DNA of 42,988 nucleotides from Deltaproteobacteria bacterium. Lineage in GTDB: Bacteria; Acidobacteriota; Holophagae; Holophagales; Holophagaceae. Below the pieces are notes generated by a model that was given only the letters and a program-made list of their open reading frames with translations, did no database searches and was not told where the DNA came from. The position numbers and the translations under genes were made by a program. The DNA lies in contig JAIFMW010000111.1 in the NCBI GenBank assembly GCA_020048105.1, positions 1 to 42,988 on the forward strand, in the 5' to 3' direction. Positions within the stretch are counted from its first letter, which is position 1; each line of letters starts with the position of its first letter. Shown here piece by piece: positions 35,068 through 42,988 of this stretch.

Positions 35068-35781
35068 ATGGATTGGTTTGCGCGCGACTTCGATCATCCC
35101 CTCTACTTTCGTATTTATGCCGATAAAGAGGCGGAGGCTGCCCTGGAAGGCCCTGCCCTTGCGGATTTGCTCGATCTTCCCGTGGGTAGTTCCGTCCTGG
35201 ACTTACCTTGCGGCTGGGGGCGTCTCCAACCGGCATTGGAGGATCGTGGCCTTTGTGTGATCGGGGGGGATCTCAGTGCCTTGAACCTTGAACGCCACGC
35301 AAGGGAATACCCTGCCCCCCTGGTGCGACTGGATTTCCGCGCCCTGCCCTTCCGTGAAGCCTGCGTCGATGGCGTTTTCTGCGCCTTTACGAGCTGGGGT
35401 TATTTCGCCTCGGACGCCGAGAATTTGACCCAATTGCGGGAATTCGCGCGGGTGTTGAAACCGAGGGGCGTTCTTCTGCTCGACCTTACCGGGCATGATT
35501 TCTTGAAAAATGCTTCAGCATCCATCGAAAACACCTGGTTCCCCACCCCAGCGGGCTATCGCGAACGGGTTCGCTGGAGCCCCGACCGACGCCGCATCTG
35601 GACCGATCGCATCATGGATGGGGAACGCTTCCGGCACGACATTTGGATCCCAACTGGGAATGAGGTGCTGGAGTTCCTCGCACAGGCGGGCTTTGGATTG
35701 GATCAGGTTTGGAGCGGGTTGGATGGCAGACCGTGGCACCCCGAAGCGGACCGCTGGATCTATCGAGCCATCAGAATTTAA
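35068..35781 (+). CDS. Class I SAM-dependent methyltransferase
   Basis: Motif I is VLDLPCGWGRL...GGDLS. The post-I and motif II regions include FCAFTSWGYF and LKPRGVLLLD. Confidence 0.8.
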   Translation: MDWFARDFDHPLYFRIYADKEAEAALEGPALADLLDLPVGSSVLDLPCGWGRLQPALEDRGLCVIGGDLSALNLERHAREYPAPLVRLDFRALPFREACVDGVFCAFTSWGYFASDAENLTQLREFARVLKPRGVLLLDLTGHDFLKNASASIENTWFPTPAGYRERVRWSPDRRRIWTDRIMDGERFRHDIWIPTGNEVLEFLAQAGFGLDQVWSGLDGRPWHPEADRWIYRAIRI

Positions 35782-36973
35782 TCTCGGATACTTCGCTTTT
35801 CTCGGACAAAGGGGTCCCCCCGGATTGCACACCCCGAGTGACCATTAAATAGGCCGCAAAGCCCAATCCGATGACTCCAAAGGCCCAGCGCGTGCCAAAC
35901 ACATCGATGAGCAGCCCTCCCACCAGTGGCCCCATCACCATGCCGATGGAATAGGCAATGTTCAGGATGGAAAACCCAGAGGCAAAGCTCTGACTATTCA
36001 GGCGCTCGACCTGGTCCGCCACCGCAGGGCTGCAGGGACTAACGATAAAGCTCAGGTTCAAGCCCAGGGCGGCCATGGCGAGCCCCACGGTCCAGACGCT
36101 TGGCATTAGGACGGGAAGAGGCAACAGAAACAAGGCTGTCACGAGGCCGATTCGCAGGACCCTCACCCGGCCCACCCGATCCGAAATGGCTCCCATCCAG
36201 GGACTGCTGAGGGTGTGCGCCAGGGCGGCAATGCCGAATAGAAATCCGATGCTGCGCGGTCCCAGGGCAAGGCGTTTGGCAAAATCCAACGGTAGGGCCG
36301 ATTCCATTAGGGTCCAGAAACCCGAGCCCAGGGCTAAGGCCCCTGCGAATACGAGCACCACCCGATTGCGCAGCAGAACTCTCCAGGGAATCGGAGGTTC
36401 GCGGATGGCCTGGGTTTCCTTGAGCAAAAAGGCTCGACCCAACGCATCCAGCGCCACCAGTGCGATGCCTACATGAAAGGGGGCCATGCGGCCAAAGTAG
36501 TGATCCAAAAAACCAGATAGGGGCGGCCCGACGAGAAGCCCAAGGTTGGCCCCGGCGAAAACCGTGCCCATGGCGCTGCCTCTGGATTCTTTGGGGAAGT
36601 GATCTGCCACCAAGGCCATGCCGGGCAACCACGTGGCGGCTCCAGCCACACCCTGGAGCACCCGCGCCACCAAGAGCACCTCATAGCTGCGGCTATAGGC
36701 AAAGGCCAGAGTCGCGAAGGCCAATCCCCCCAAACCCCAAAGCATGGGCGCCTTGCGCCCGTAGCGATCCGTGAGTCGGGCCACCGGAAAGGTCGCCAAG
36801 AGCAGCGCCAGCGCATAGCTCCAGAAGAGCACACCGACCTGTGACTGCGTGAGCTGTAGCTCCTTGGCGTACCTCGGCAACAAGGGCACTAGCAAACAGT
36901 AGAGAAGCGTATCTACGAAAAAAGCGAGGGCCGTGACGGCCAATGCAAAGTGTCTCGGTTGAAGTCGTCCCAT
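35771..36973 (-). CDS. MFS transporter
   Basis: It has 12-TM character. An MFS motif-A-like loop (RLTDRYGRKAP) lies between TM2 and TM3. Confidence 0.85.
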   Translation of the reverse strand: MGRLQPRHFALAVTALAFFVDTLLYCLLVPLLPRYAKELQLTQSQVGVLFWSYALALLLATFPVARLTDRYGRKAPMLWGLGGLAFATLAFAYSRSYEVLLVARVLQGVAGAATWLPGMALVADHFPKESRGSAMGTVFAGANLGLLVGPPLSGFLDHYFGRMAPFHVGIALVALDALGRAFLLKETQAIREPPIPWRVLLRNRVVLVFAGALALGSGFWTLMESALPLDFAKRLALGPRSIGFLFGIAALAHTLSSPWMGAISDRVGRVRVLRIGLVTALFLLPLPVLMPSVWTVGLAMAALGLNLSFIVSPCSPAVADQVERLNSQSFASGFSILNIAYSIGMVMGPLVGGLLIDVFGTRWAFGVIGLGFAAYLMVTRGVQSGGTPLSEKSEVSEIKF

Positions 36974-37064
36974 AAATTTAGATTACGAGGAACCAAGTTA
37001 AACCCGGCATCACTACCTTCGTAGCCCCAGTTAGTTCATCCATTTTGGAGGCATCGAGGTCGTC

Positions 37065-37367
37065 ATGGGAACCTTGGACCTAGGCTTGGATCTGCACACC
37101 GAGGATCGCCTCGACGCCTTGCTCCTGCTCCTTCGGGAAGCCGACCCGACGTTTCCTTGGGATCGCCAGGAAGTCCTGCGACGGGTCTTGGATCAAGGCT
37201 TGCGAATGATGCTCGCGGAAATGCTGATGAATGGCCGCCGCCGCAGCAATGCGCGGGAGGGTTCAGCCAAGAATCGGGTGATGAAGCGCGATACCACTCA
37301 GGACTCGCCCCTGCTGATACGGGGGCTCATCCACGCAGATGCGAAGCAGGGCCTCGGCGACTTTTGA
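37065..37367 (+). CDS. Possible small ribbon-helix-helix-like protein
   Basis: GAGG lies 5 nt before the ATG. The first ~55 aa show a strand-helix-helix pattern (LDLGLDL / EDRLDALLLLLREA / DRQEVLRRVLDQGLRMML). The last 105 nt overlap the 3' end of the convergent gene. Confidence 0.3.
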   Translation: MGTLDLGLDLHTEDRLDALLLLLREADPTFPWDRQEVLRRVLDQGLRMMLAEMLMNGRRRSNAREGSAKNRVMKRDTTQDSPLLIRGLIHADAKQGLGDF

Positions 37368-37973
37368 GGCCTCGATGGGCGCATATTTCCAGATTTGGGG
37401 CGAGTTCGGCAGAAAGGTCCGTGCCAGCGCCAAATAGGGTTTCGCCAGCAGGACCGCGGACAGCCGTTCTCCTAACCGAAACTCTTCCCGATCCCCTAAC
37501 AACAGAGAAGGCCGCACGATCAGGTAGGGCAGCCCGGAATCCAGTAGAGCCTTTTCCACCTCCGCCTTGGTCTGAAGGTAGAAGCCTTTGGGCTGGGCAG
37601 CGCCGATGGAACTAACCAATCCAAAAATCGGCTTGGAATCCAAGGCAGCAGCCCGGTTCATCAGGGCACGGGGATAGTCCAGATCAACCTTCCGAAAGGC
37701 TTCGTGACTACCGGCTTTCTTCAGGGTTGTGCCCAGTGCGCAAAGAAGCACATCGCACCGAATTTCGCTGCCCAATTTGGCATACGAAGCCGGATCCTCG
37801 AAATCGAAGATAACCTCACGCACACGATCCGAGAGGTTCGTGAGAATCCCTGTTTTCCGGACTAGCGCCGTGAAGGAAACACCGGGGCGCTCGTGCAGTT
37901 GGCGCGTCAGTTCCTTCCCAATTAGGCCTGTGGCGCCCGCAATGACGACATGTTTCGCAATGGGTTGTTCCAT
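37263..37973 (-). CDS. NAD(P)H-binding (atypical SDR, HTATIP2-like) protein
   Basis: The Rossmann motif VVIAGATGLIGKEL is near the N-terminus. The start lies 2 nt after the upstream stop. Confidence 0.75.
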   Translation of the reverse strand: MEQPIAKHVVIAGATGLIGKELTRQLHERPGVSFTALVRKTGILTNLSDRVREVIFDFEDPASYAKLGSEIRCDVLLCALGTTLKKAGSHEAFRKVDLDYPRALMNRAAALDSKPIFGLVSSIGAAQPKGFYLQTKAEVEKALLDSGLPYLIVRPSLLLGDREEFRLGERLSAVLLAKPYLALARTFLPNSPQIWKYAPIEASKVAEALLRICVDEPPYQQGRVLSGIALHHPILG

Positions 37974-37975
37974 GT

Positions 37976-39076
37976 TTATTCGCTCGCTTCCTTGCTGATG
38001 GCCAGCAGCAATCCAAGGATGGCCAGGGACGCCATGAGACTGGTCCCGCCGTAGCTAATGAAGGGCAGCGGAATGCCCTTGTTAGGGGCGATGCTCAAGA
38101 CGACGCTCATATTCATGAAGGCCTGCATGACAAGCATTAGGGTGAATCCGATGGCACACAGGCGCAGGAAACTATCTCGCACGCGGCGCGCGATGCGATA
38201 TCCCCGCCAGAGAATCGCCGAAAACAGCAGAAGCACAATGACAGTACCCACCAACCCAGCTTCTTCGGCAATCACCGCAAAAATAAAATCGTTGTGGGCT
38301 TCTGGCAGATAGAACAGTTTCTGCATGCTGTTGCCCACGCCAACACCCACCAGGCCTCCGTTGCCCACGGCGATAAGGCTTTGCAGCGCCTGGTGCCCCT
38401 TCCCGAGCGGATCGGCTTCGGGGTTTCGGAAGCTCATCATCCGCGCCATGCGGTAGGGACTGGCAATCACCGCCACGGAAACCCCTAGGAGAATGACACC
38501 GCCAAAGCCTGCCAAGAGCGTCCGATGCAATCCACCTAAGAGAACCAGCACAAAGACCACGAGAATCACTAAGGCTGTAGTGCCGAAATCCGGTTCAAAA
38601 AGAATCAATCCCAAGGGCAATCCCAGAATCAAGATCAACATCACCAACTTGGGCAGGGAATCCTGAATTCGGCCCCAAACCTCCTGGTGGCGTACCATCC
38701 ACCAAGCTGTGATCAGCACCGCAAGAGGCTTGAAAAATTCGGACGGTTGGAAGCGTTGACCGAAAATCCGGATCCAGCGATGCGCGCCCTTCACATCGGG
38801 AAAAAAGAACACTGCCACCAATAGCAGCACAAAGATTACGTAGGTGATCTGCAGGGGGCGCGGCCTTTCGCGCAGCATCCCCAGTTCAACTTGGCTCAAT
38901 GCCAGCATCATGGCAATGCCGATAACTCCTGCCACAACTTGTTGCGCCAGGAAGGTTGTGGCAACGCTGCTTTTCAGGCCCGACGCCGAATAGACCCAAA
39001 CCATTCCAATGGCCACCAAGAGCAGCGCACAGAGGAGAAGCCAACGATCAATGGGCCTTCGGACATCAGGAATCAT
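37976..39076 (-). CDS. FtsW/RodA/SpoVE-family peptidoglycan glycosyltransferase
   Basis: It has ~10 TMs and SEDS blocks (FQPSEFFKP, LEPDFGT, LPEAHNDFIFAVIAEE, GIPLPFISYGGTS). I cannot separate FtsW from RodA by eye. Confidence 0.85.
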   Translation of the reverse strand: MIPDVRRPIDRWLLLCALLLVAIGMVWVYSASGLKSSVATTFLAQQVVAGVIGIAMMLALSQVELGMLRERPRPLQITYVIFVLLLVAVFFFPDVKGAHRWIRIFGQRFQPSEFFKPLAVLITAWWMVRHQEVWGRIQDSLPKLVMLILILGLPLGLILFEPDFGTTALVILVVFVLVLLGGLHRTLLAGFGGVILLGVSVAVIASPYRMARMMSFRNPEADPLGKGHQALQSLIAVGNGGLVGVGVGNSMQKLFYLPEAHNDFIFAVIAEEAGLVGTVIVLLLFSAILWRGYRIARRVRDSFLRLCAIGFTLMLVMQAFMNMSVVLSIAPNKGIPLPFISYGGTSLMASLAILGLLLAISKEASE

Positions 39077-39110
39077 GCTGCCCTGATTGTAGGGGAAATC
39101 GGCCCACCTG

Positions 39111-40307
39111 CTACCACCCAGACTGGGATAGGACCTGCCGCCAGCCTGCGATCCGTTCCCGCAAACCTAGCCCATCGATGGCGACATCATCCAACCGCGA
39201 ATTCTCATACAGAATGTGATGGCCCGGCGCACCGCAGAGAATGTCGGCCAGATGCACGGCCAGTAAAGGGCTAAGCCTTGATGTCCGAATGCTGCTGGGC
39301 GTGTGATGCAGGCTGACAGCCTCGAGCACTGCAGGCTGGATACCCCACATCCCCAGCAGAAAAGCCCCAACCTCAGGGTGTGCCAAGCCAAATTCTTTCT
39401 TCTCGGCCGAAATCATCGTTACTTGATTGGGTTGAACCCGTTCCACGACACGGTCATAGCGTTCGGGAAAGCCCTTGGCCAGCACGAGGATGCCCACGTC
39501 ATGGAGCATCCCGCCCAGGAAGGCCTCAGCGCAGAGCGGCCGGGACAATCCTTCCATCGCCGCCAGGGCCCGGGCGCCCTTCGCCACACTCAAGCTGTGC
39601 TTCCATACGTCCACGATGGAAAGTCGCTGCGTGCCCAGCTGACCAACCTGGTCGAACACTCCGTGAACCAGCACCAGAGCCTTGATGGTGTCCGTGCCCA
39701 GAAAGGCCACGGCATCCTGAATATCAGGCACCGAACGTCGCAACCCAAAAAAGGCGCTGTTGACCAATTGCAGGATTTTGGCGGTCATACCCACATCCTG
39801 CCGAACGATTTCGCCCACCTGCCGCACCGTGGTTTCCTCGTTCTCCAGCGCCCGGCAGAGCTCCCGGTAGAGTCCGGGAACGGAAGGCAGATTTTCGATT
39901 TGTCCGAGGTACCGGGTCACAGCCGGGTCCGCGCCCACACGTGCGAGGTGCCCTGCATTGGCCACCATGGCCAGGAGTTGGTCCAGGTCAAATGGAACAG
40001 GAAGAGCCTGGTGGATGGTGGTTATATTTTGAGCTACTTGGTCGCGATCGGCCGGCGTCGACAACGCAATTCGAAGTGCCGTCGGGTGCAACTCCAGGGC
40101 CGCACGAAGCACCTGGCCACCACTGATTTCAGCCATGGCCAACGAAGTCACCAGCACCTCGACGGGCTGGCTCTGCAGCCAGGCCAAGGCTTCGTGACCG
40201 CCTGGAGCAAAATGCATCTGCCACTCGCGTTCCATGGGTTTGACCAGGGATTCGAGAGAGCTCAAGGCTTGAGCGTCATCGCTCACAAAGAGGACATGTC
40301 GTTTCAT
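39111..40307 (-). CDS. Receiver-like domain / HDOD domain protein
   Basis: The N-terminal CheY-like fold reads VLFVSDD...EVLVTSLAMAEISG...RIALS. The HDOD region reads LPSVPGLYRELCRAL...VGMTAKILQLVNSAFFGLRRSV...AVAFLGTDTIKALVL...HDVG. Confidence 0.8.
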   Translation of the reverse strand: MKRHVLFVSDDAQALSSLESLVKPMEREWQMHFAPGGHEALAWLQSQPVEVLVTSLAMAEISGGQVLRAALELHPTALRIALSTPADRDQVAQNITTIHQALPVPFDLDQLLAMVANAGHLARVGADPAVTRYLGQIENLPSVPGLYRELCRALENEETTVRQVGEIVRQDVGMTAKILQLVNSAFFGLRRSVPDIQDAVAFLGTDTIKALVLVHGVFDQVGQLGTQRLSIVDVWKHSLSVAKGARALAAMEGLSRPLCAEAFLGGMLHDVGILVLAKGFPERYDRVVERVQPNQVTMISAEKKEFGLAHPEVGAFLLGMWGIQPAVLEAVSLHHTPSSIRTSRLSPLLAVHLADILCGAPGHHILYENSRLDDVAIDGLGLRERIAGWRQVLSQSGW

Positions 40308-40401
40308 GACTTCCTAAAGTCTTAGGGCAAGAGTCATCCAGGTGGATTCGATCAGAATGAACCCGGAGAACCAAGCCGAGAATAATCCGTGTGAAATTGG
40401 T

Positions 40402-42057
40402 TTAGAGGACCAGCCGTTCCTGATATTCCCCGTAGACTTCGCGCAAGGTATCGGAAACTTCGCCTACGGTGGCTTCGGCCTTCACGGCATCCAGAATGTA
40501 GGGCATCAGATTGTCTGTCGCGGTGGCCTTGGCCTTTAGCGTTTCAAGCTTGGTGCGCACAGCATCGTTATCACGCAGGCTGCGATACTCAGCCACCTGC
40601 TTGCGACGCATGGCGCCCAGCGCCTCGTCCACCCGCAAGAGATCAGGCTTGGGCTCATTCTTGATGGCAAATTTGTTGACGCCCACCACGATCTGTTCGT
40701 CCCGCTCCACGGCCTTCTGATAGGCGTAGGCGGCGTTCTGGATTTCACGCTGGGGAATGCCCTTTTCAATGGCCGCGACCATGCCACCGGCTTCATCGAC
40801 CTTGGCGATAAGGGCTTCGGCCATGGCCTGAAGTTCATCGGTCAGGCTCTCGATGAAGTAGGAACCACCGAAGGGATCCACCACATCCGCGATGCGATGC
40901 TCGTAGGCCAGAATCTGCTGGGTGCGCAGGGCAATGCGGGCGGAAATTTCGGTGGGCAAGGCCAGCGCCTCATCCCGGCTATTGGTGTGCAGGGACTGGG
41001 TGCCACCGATGACGGCGGCCATGGCCTGCACCGTGGTGCGCACGATGTTGTTATCGGGCTGCTGAGCCGTGAGCGTTGAACCAGCGGTCTGGGTATGGAA
41101 GCGCAGCATCTGGCTCTTGGGATCGTTGCAGCCGAAGCGCTCCTTGATGATCTTGGCCCACATGCGCCGGGCAGCGCGGTACTTGGCCACTTCTTCGAAA
41201 AATTGGTTGTGGGCGTTGAAGAAGAAACTGAGCCGTGGCGCGAAGGCTTCGATCTTCAGACCAGCTTTGAGACCGGCTTCGATGTAAGCGATGCCATCGG
41301 CCAGCGTGAAGGCGATTTCCTGGGCGGCGGTGCAGCCCGCTTCGCGGATGTGATAGCCCGAAATGGAAATGGTGTTCCAGTTGGGCACCTGCTCTGAGCA
41401 AAAGGAGAAGATGTCAGTGATCAGGCGCATGGAAGGCCGGGGCGGGTAGATGTAGGTGCCGCGGGCCATGTATTCCTTCAGAATGTCGTTTTGGATGGTG
41501 CCGCTCACCTGATCAAAACGCACACCCTGCTCTTCGGCCACGGCCAGGTAGAGGCTCAACATCACGGCCGCTGGGGCGTTGATGGTCATGGAGGTCGACA
41601 CCTTATCCAAGGGGATGTCCTTGAACAGCGTGCGCATATCGCGGATGGAGCAGCAGGACACGCCCACCTTGCCCACTTCACCCAGGCTCATGGGATGGTC
41701 GGGATCCATGCCGATCTGCGTGGGCAAATCGAAGGCCACGGATAGGCCCGTCTGGCCCTGATCCAGCAAGTAGCGGTAGCGGGTGTTGGATTCCTCGGCC
41801 GTGCCGAAACCGGCGTACTGGCGCATGGTCCATAACCGCCCCCGGAAGCCCGTAGGCTGGACGTGGCGGGTAAAGGGATAGCTGCCGGGCTTGCCTAGAT
41901 CCCTGATCGGATTGAAGGTTTCGGTATCGGCTGGGGTATAGCTATTTTTGAGCGTGATGCCCGAGGTGGTCTCGAACTTGGGGGAGCGCAACTTCGCTGG
42001 ATCTTCCTTGGTAGCCAATTGCTCGCGGACCTGGTTCAGGAAATCGGGCTGAAACAT
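40402..42057 (-). CDS. Methylmalonyl-CoA mutase-family large (substrate-binding) subunit, no B12-binding domain
   Basis: Blocks are [57 protein letters not shown] and [12 protein letters not shown]. The start was set at ATG 42057 (GGAGG 4 nt upstream); 42078 and 42069 are alternatives. Confidence 0.88.
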   Translation of the reverse strand: MFQPDFLNQVREQLATKEDPAKLRSPKFETTSGITLKNSYTPADTETFNPIRDLGKPGSYPFTRHVQPTGFRGRLWTMRQYAGFGTAEESNTRYRYLLDQGQTGLSVAFDLPTQIGMDPDHPMSLGEVGKVGVSCCSIRDMRTLFKDIPLDKVSTSMTINAPAAVMLSLYLAVAEEQGVRFDQVSGTIQNDILKEYMARGTYIYPPRPSMRLITDIFSFCSEQVPNWNTISISGYHIREAGCTAAQEIAFTLADGIAYIEAGLKAGLKIEAFAPRLSFFFNAHNQFFEEVAKYRAARRMWAKIIKERFGCNDPKSQMLRFHTQTAGSTLTAQQPDNNIVRTTVQAMAAVIGGTQSLHTNSRDEALALPTEISARIALRTQQILAYEHRIADVVDPFGGSYFIESLTDELQAMAEALIAKVDEAGGMVAAIEKGIPQREIQNAAYAYQKAVERDEQIVVGVNKFAIKNEPKPDLLRVDEALGAMRRKQVAEYRSLRDNDAVRTKLETLKAKATATDNLMPYILDAVKAEATVGEVSDTLREVYGEYQERLVL

Positions 42058-42206
42058 GAAGCCTCCCATGGATTGCATTAGGTTATCAGGCCTGAAGAGC
42101 CAACTTTGTCACGAGCGCCGTGACCACTCCTGCCAAACCAACGCGCCAATTTTCGATTATTGCTGCGCAACACCTTAGACTGGGAAAACTTTCACCTGGT
42201 GATCCC

Positions 42207-42988
42207 ATGCTTGCGACCCCGCCGCCTCCGCCTCCCATCGTAATCCTTGCCGGTGCCGATCTTTGGCAGGATGACGGCGTTCAGGGGAAGGCCCAATCCG
42301 GCCAAGCCCTCGCGATTCGCGGCGAAAAAATCGCAGCCATCGGCCTGAAAGCCAATCTAATCAAGCGTTTTCCTAAGGCCCAGGTCGTCAATCTCGAAGG
42401 TGGAACCCTGCTACCGGGCTTCGTCGAGGGCCACTGTCATGTGGAAGGCCTAGGCAAATTGGCCTTCTATACGGATCTCGGCAGCACGAAAAGTCTGGAA
42501 GAAGCCCTAACGCGAGTTCAAACCTGGTGTGCCGCCAACCCCAACGGTTGGGTGCAGGGCCGAGGCTGGGATCAAAATCTCTGGCCGGGCCAGGCTTTCC
42601 CAGCGGCCGCCGATCTGGATCGGGTTACCGGGTCCCGCCCGGCGGCCCTAGTTCGCGTGGACGGACACGCCATGTGGGCCAACTCGGCAGCCTTGAAGGC
42701 CGCCGGGATCACAGCCGCTACAGCCGACCCCAAAGGGGGTCAGATCCTACGCGATGCCACCGGGAACCCCACGGGCATCCTGGTGGATTTGGCGATGGAA
42801 TTAGTGGAAAAAGTGCTGCCTCCGCCCACGATGGAAAACCGGGAAGCCTGGGTTAAGCAAGGCCTTCTGGCACTTCGCAACCTGGGCTTTACGGCGGCCT
42901 GCGATATGGGTGGTGATGCCACGACCCTTGCGATCTATCGCCGCCTAGCCGCCGCCAAGGCCCTGCCCATTCGAGTGTTCAGCTATTT
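42207..42988 (+). CDS. Amidohydrolase-3 (YtcJ-like metal-dependent hydrolase), 3'-truncated by the window end
   Basis: This ORF is not in the track because it has no stop in the window. My own translation from ATG 42207 reads MLATPPPPPPIVILAGADLW...LLPGFVEGHCHVEGLG...GRGWDQNLW...VDGHAMWANSAALKAAGI, which fits the Amidohydro_3 N-terminal pattern. Confidence 0.75.
   Translation, partial: MLATPPPPPPIVILAGADLWQDDGVQGKAQSGQALAIRGEKIAAIGLKANLIKRFPKAQVVNLEGGTLLPGFVEGHCHVEGLGKLAFYTDLGSTKSLEEALTRVQTWCAANPNGWVQGRGWDQNLWPGQAFPAAADLDRVTGSRPAALVRVDGHAMWANSAALKAAGITAATADPKGGQILRDATGNPTGILVDLAMELVEKVLPPPTMENREAWVKQGLLALRNLGFTAACDMGGDATTLAIYRRLAAAKALPIRVFSY

Noticed and set aside
32969-35260. A 763-aa plus-strand ORF antisense to ileS, tempting in view of sense/antisense aaRS ideas.
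   Set aside because: It is a high-GC shadow ORF. The translation is low-complexity (rich in G/R/A/H) with no recognisable motifs, it runs on into the intergenic region and the next gene, and the minus strand carries an unmistakable IleS.
39303-40325. Long antisense ORFs opposite confident genes: 340 aa here, and also 28348-29292, 11311-12255, 3989-4912, 15768-16604, 1166-1954, 14036-14770 and 31012-31584.
   Set aside because: All lie antisense to genes with clear family signatures and have Arg/Gly/His-rich, motif-free translations. This is typical of stop-codon depletion in GC-rich DNA.
42079-42206. A cobalamin riboswitch upstream of the mutase gene, or other riboswitches in leaders (pckA, ileS, pstS).
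   Set aside because: The 128-nt gap is too short for a cobalamin riboswitch, and I could not find a B12-box-like conserved core. Only a 5-bp inverted repeat (GTCAC-N6-GTGAC) is present. The other leaders are under 110 nt.

Overview
This 43-kb, visibly high-GC segment looks like core chromosome from a diderm bacterium (LpxK, LspA, an OprO/P-type porin and a TonB_C-like domain are present). The lineage cannot be determined from sequence alone. I call about 43 protein genes and found no rRNA, tRNA, CRISPR array, transposase or integrase. All calls rest on reading the ORF translations and the DNA by eye; no homology search was run. The ORF track translates GTG/TTG starts as M, so several starts were moved to an internal ATG with a Shine-Dalgarno.

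The dominant theme is phosphate acquisition:
- phoB-phoR at 5.0-7.5 kb.
- A second PstS-family binding protein at 11.2 kb.
- One minus-strand block at 15.8-24.2 kb carrying the OprO/P porin, phoU, pstBACS, a Pit transporter and its DUF47 partner.

The rest is housekeeping:
- Central metabolism and repair: pckA, photolyase, cutA, glpX, etfBA.
- Envelope and translation: lpxK, lspA, ileS, murG, an FtsW/RodA-family protein.
- An acyl-CoA mutase large subunit.
- Signalling proteins: EAL-CBS-GGDEF, cNMP-binding/FHA, REC-HDOD.

Observations most worth a second look:
1. A perfect 2 x 28-nt tandem duplication frameshifts the normally essential ileS.
2. Three long composite hairpin elements have arms made of CAC-led 8-10 nt subrepeats. 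One fills the pstB-phoU spacer.
3. 11-bp-periodic direct repeats (roughly CC[G/T]TCAC) lie upstream of phoB, pstS and the porin gene. They look like this organism's Pho box.
4. A PstS-like binding protein is translationally coupled to a membrane protein with a degenerate kinase-like N-terminus and a TonB_C-like C-terminus. It sits downstream of an EAL-CBS-GGDDF protein. This is my best candidate for an undescribed signalling module.
5. An S41-peptidase homologue in a tight murG-S41-yibQ operon appears to lack both catalytic residues.

No defence island or mobile element is evident.
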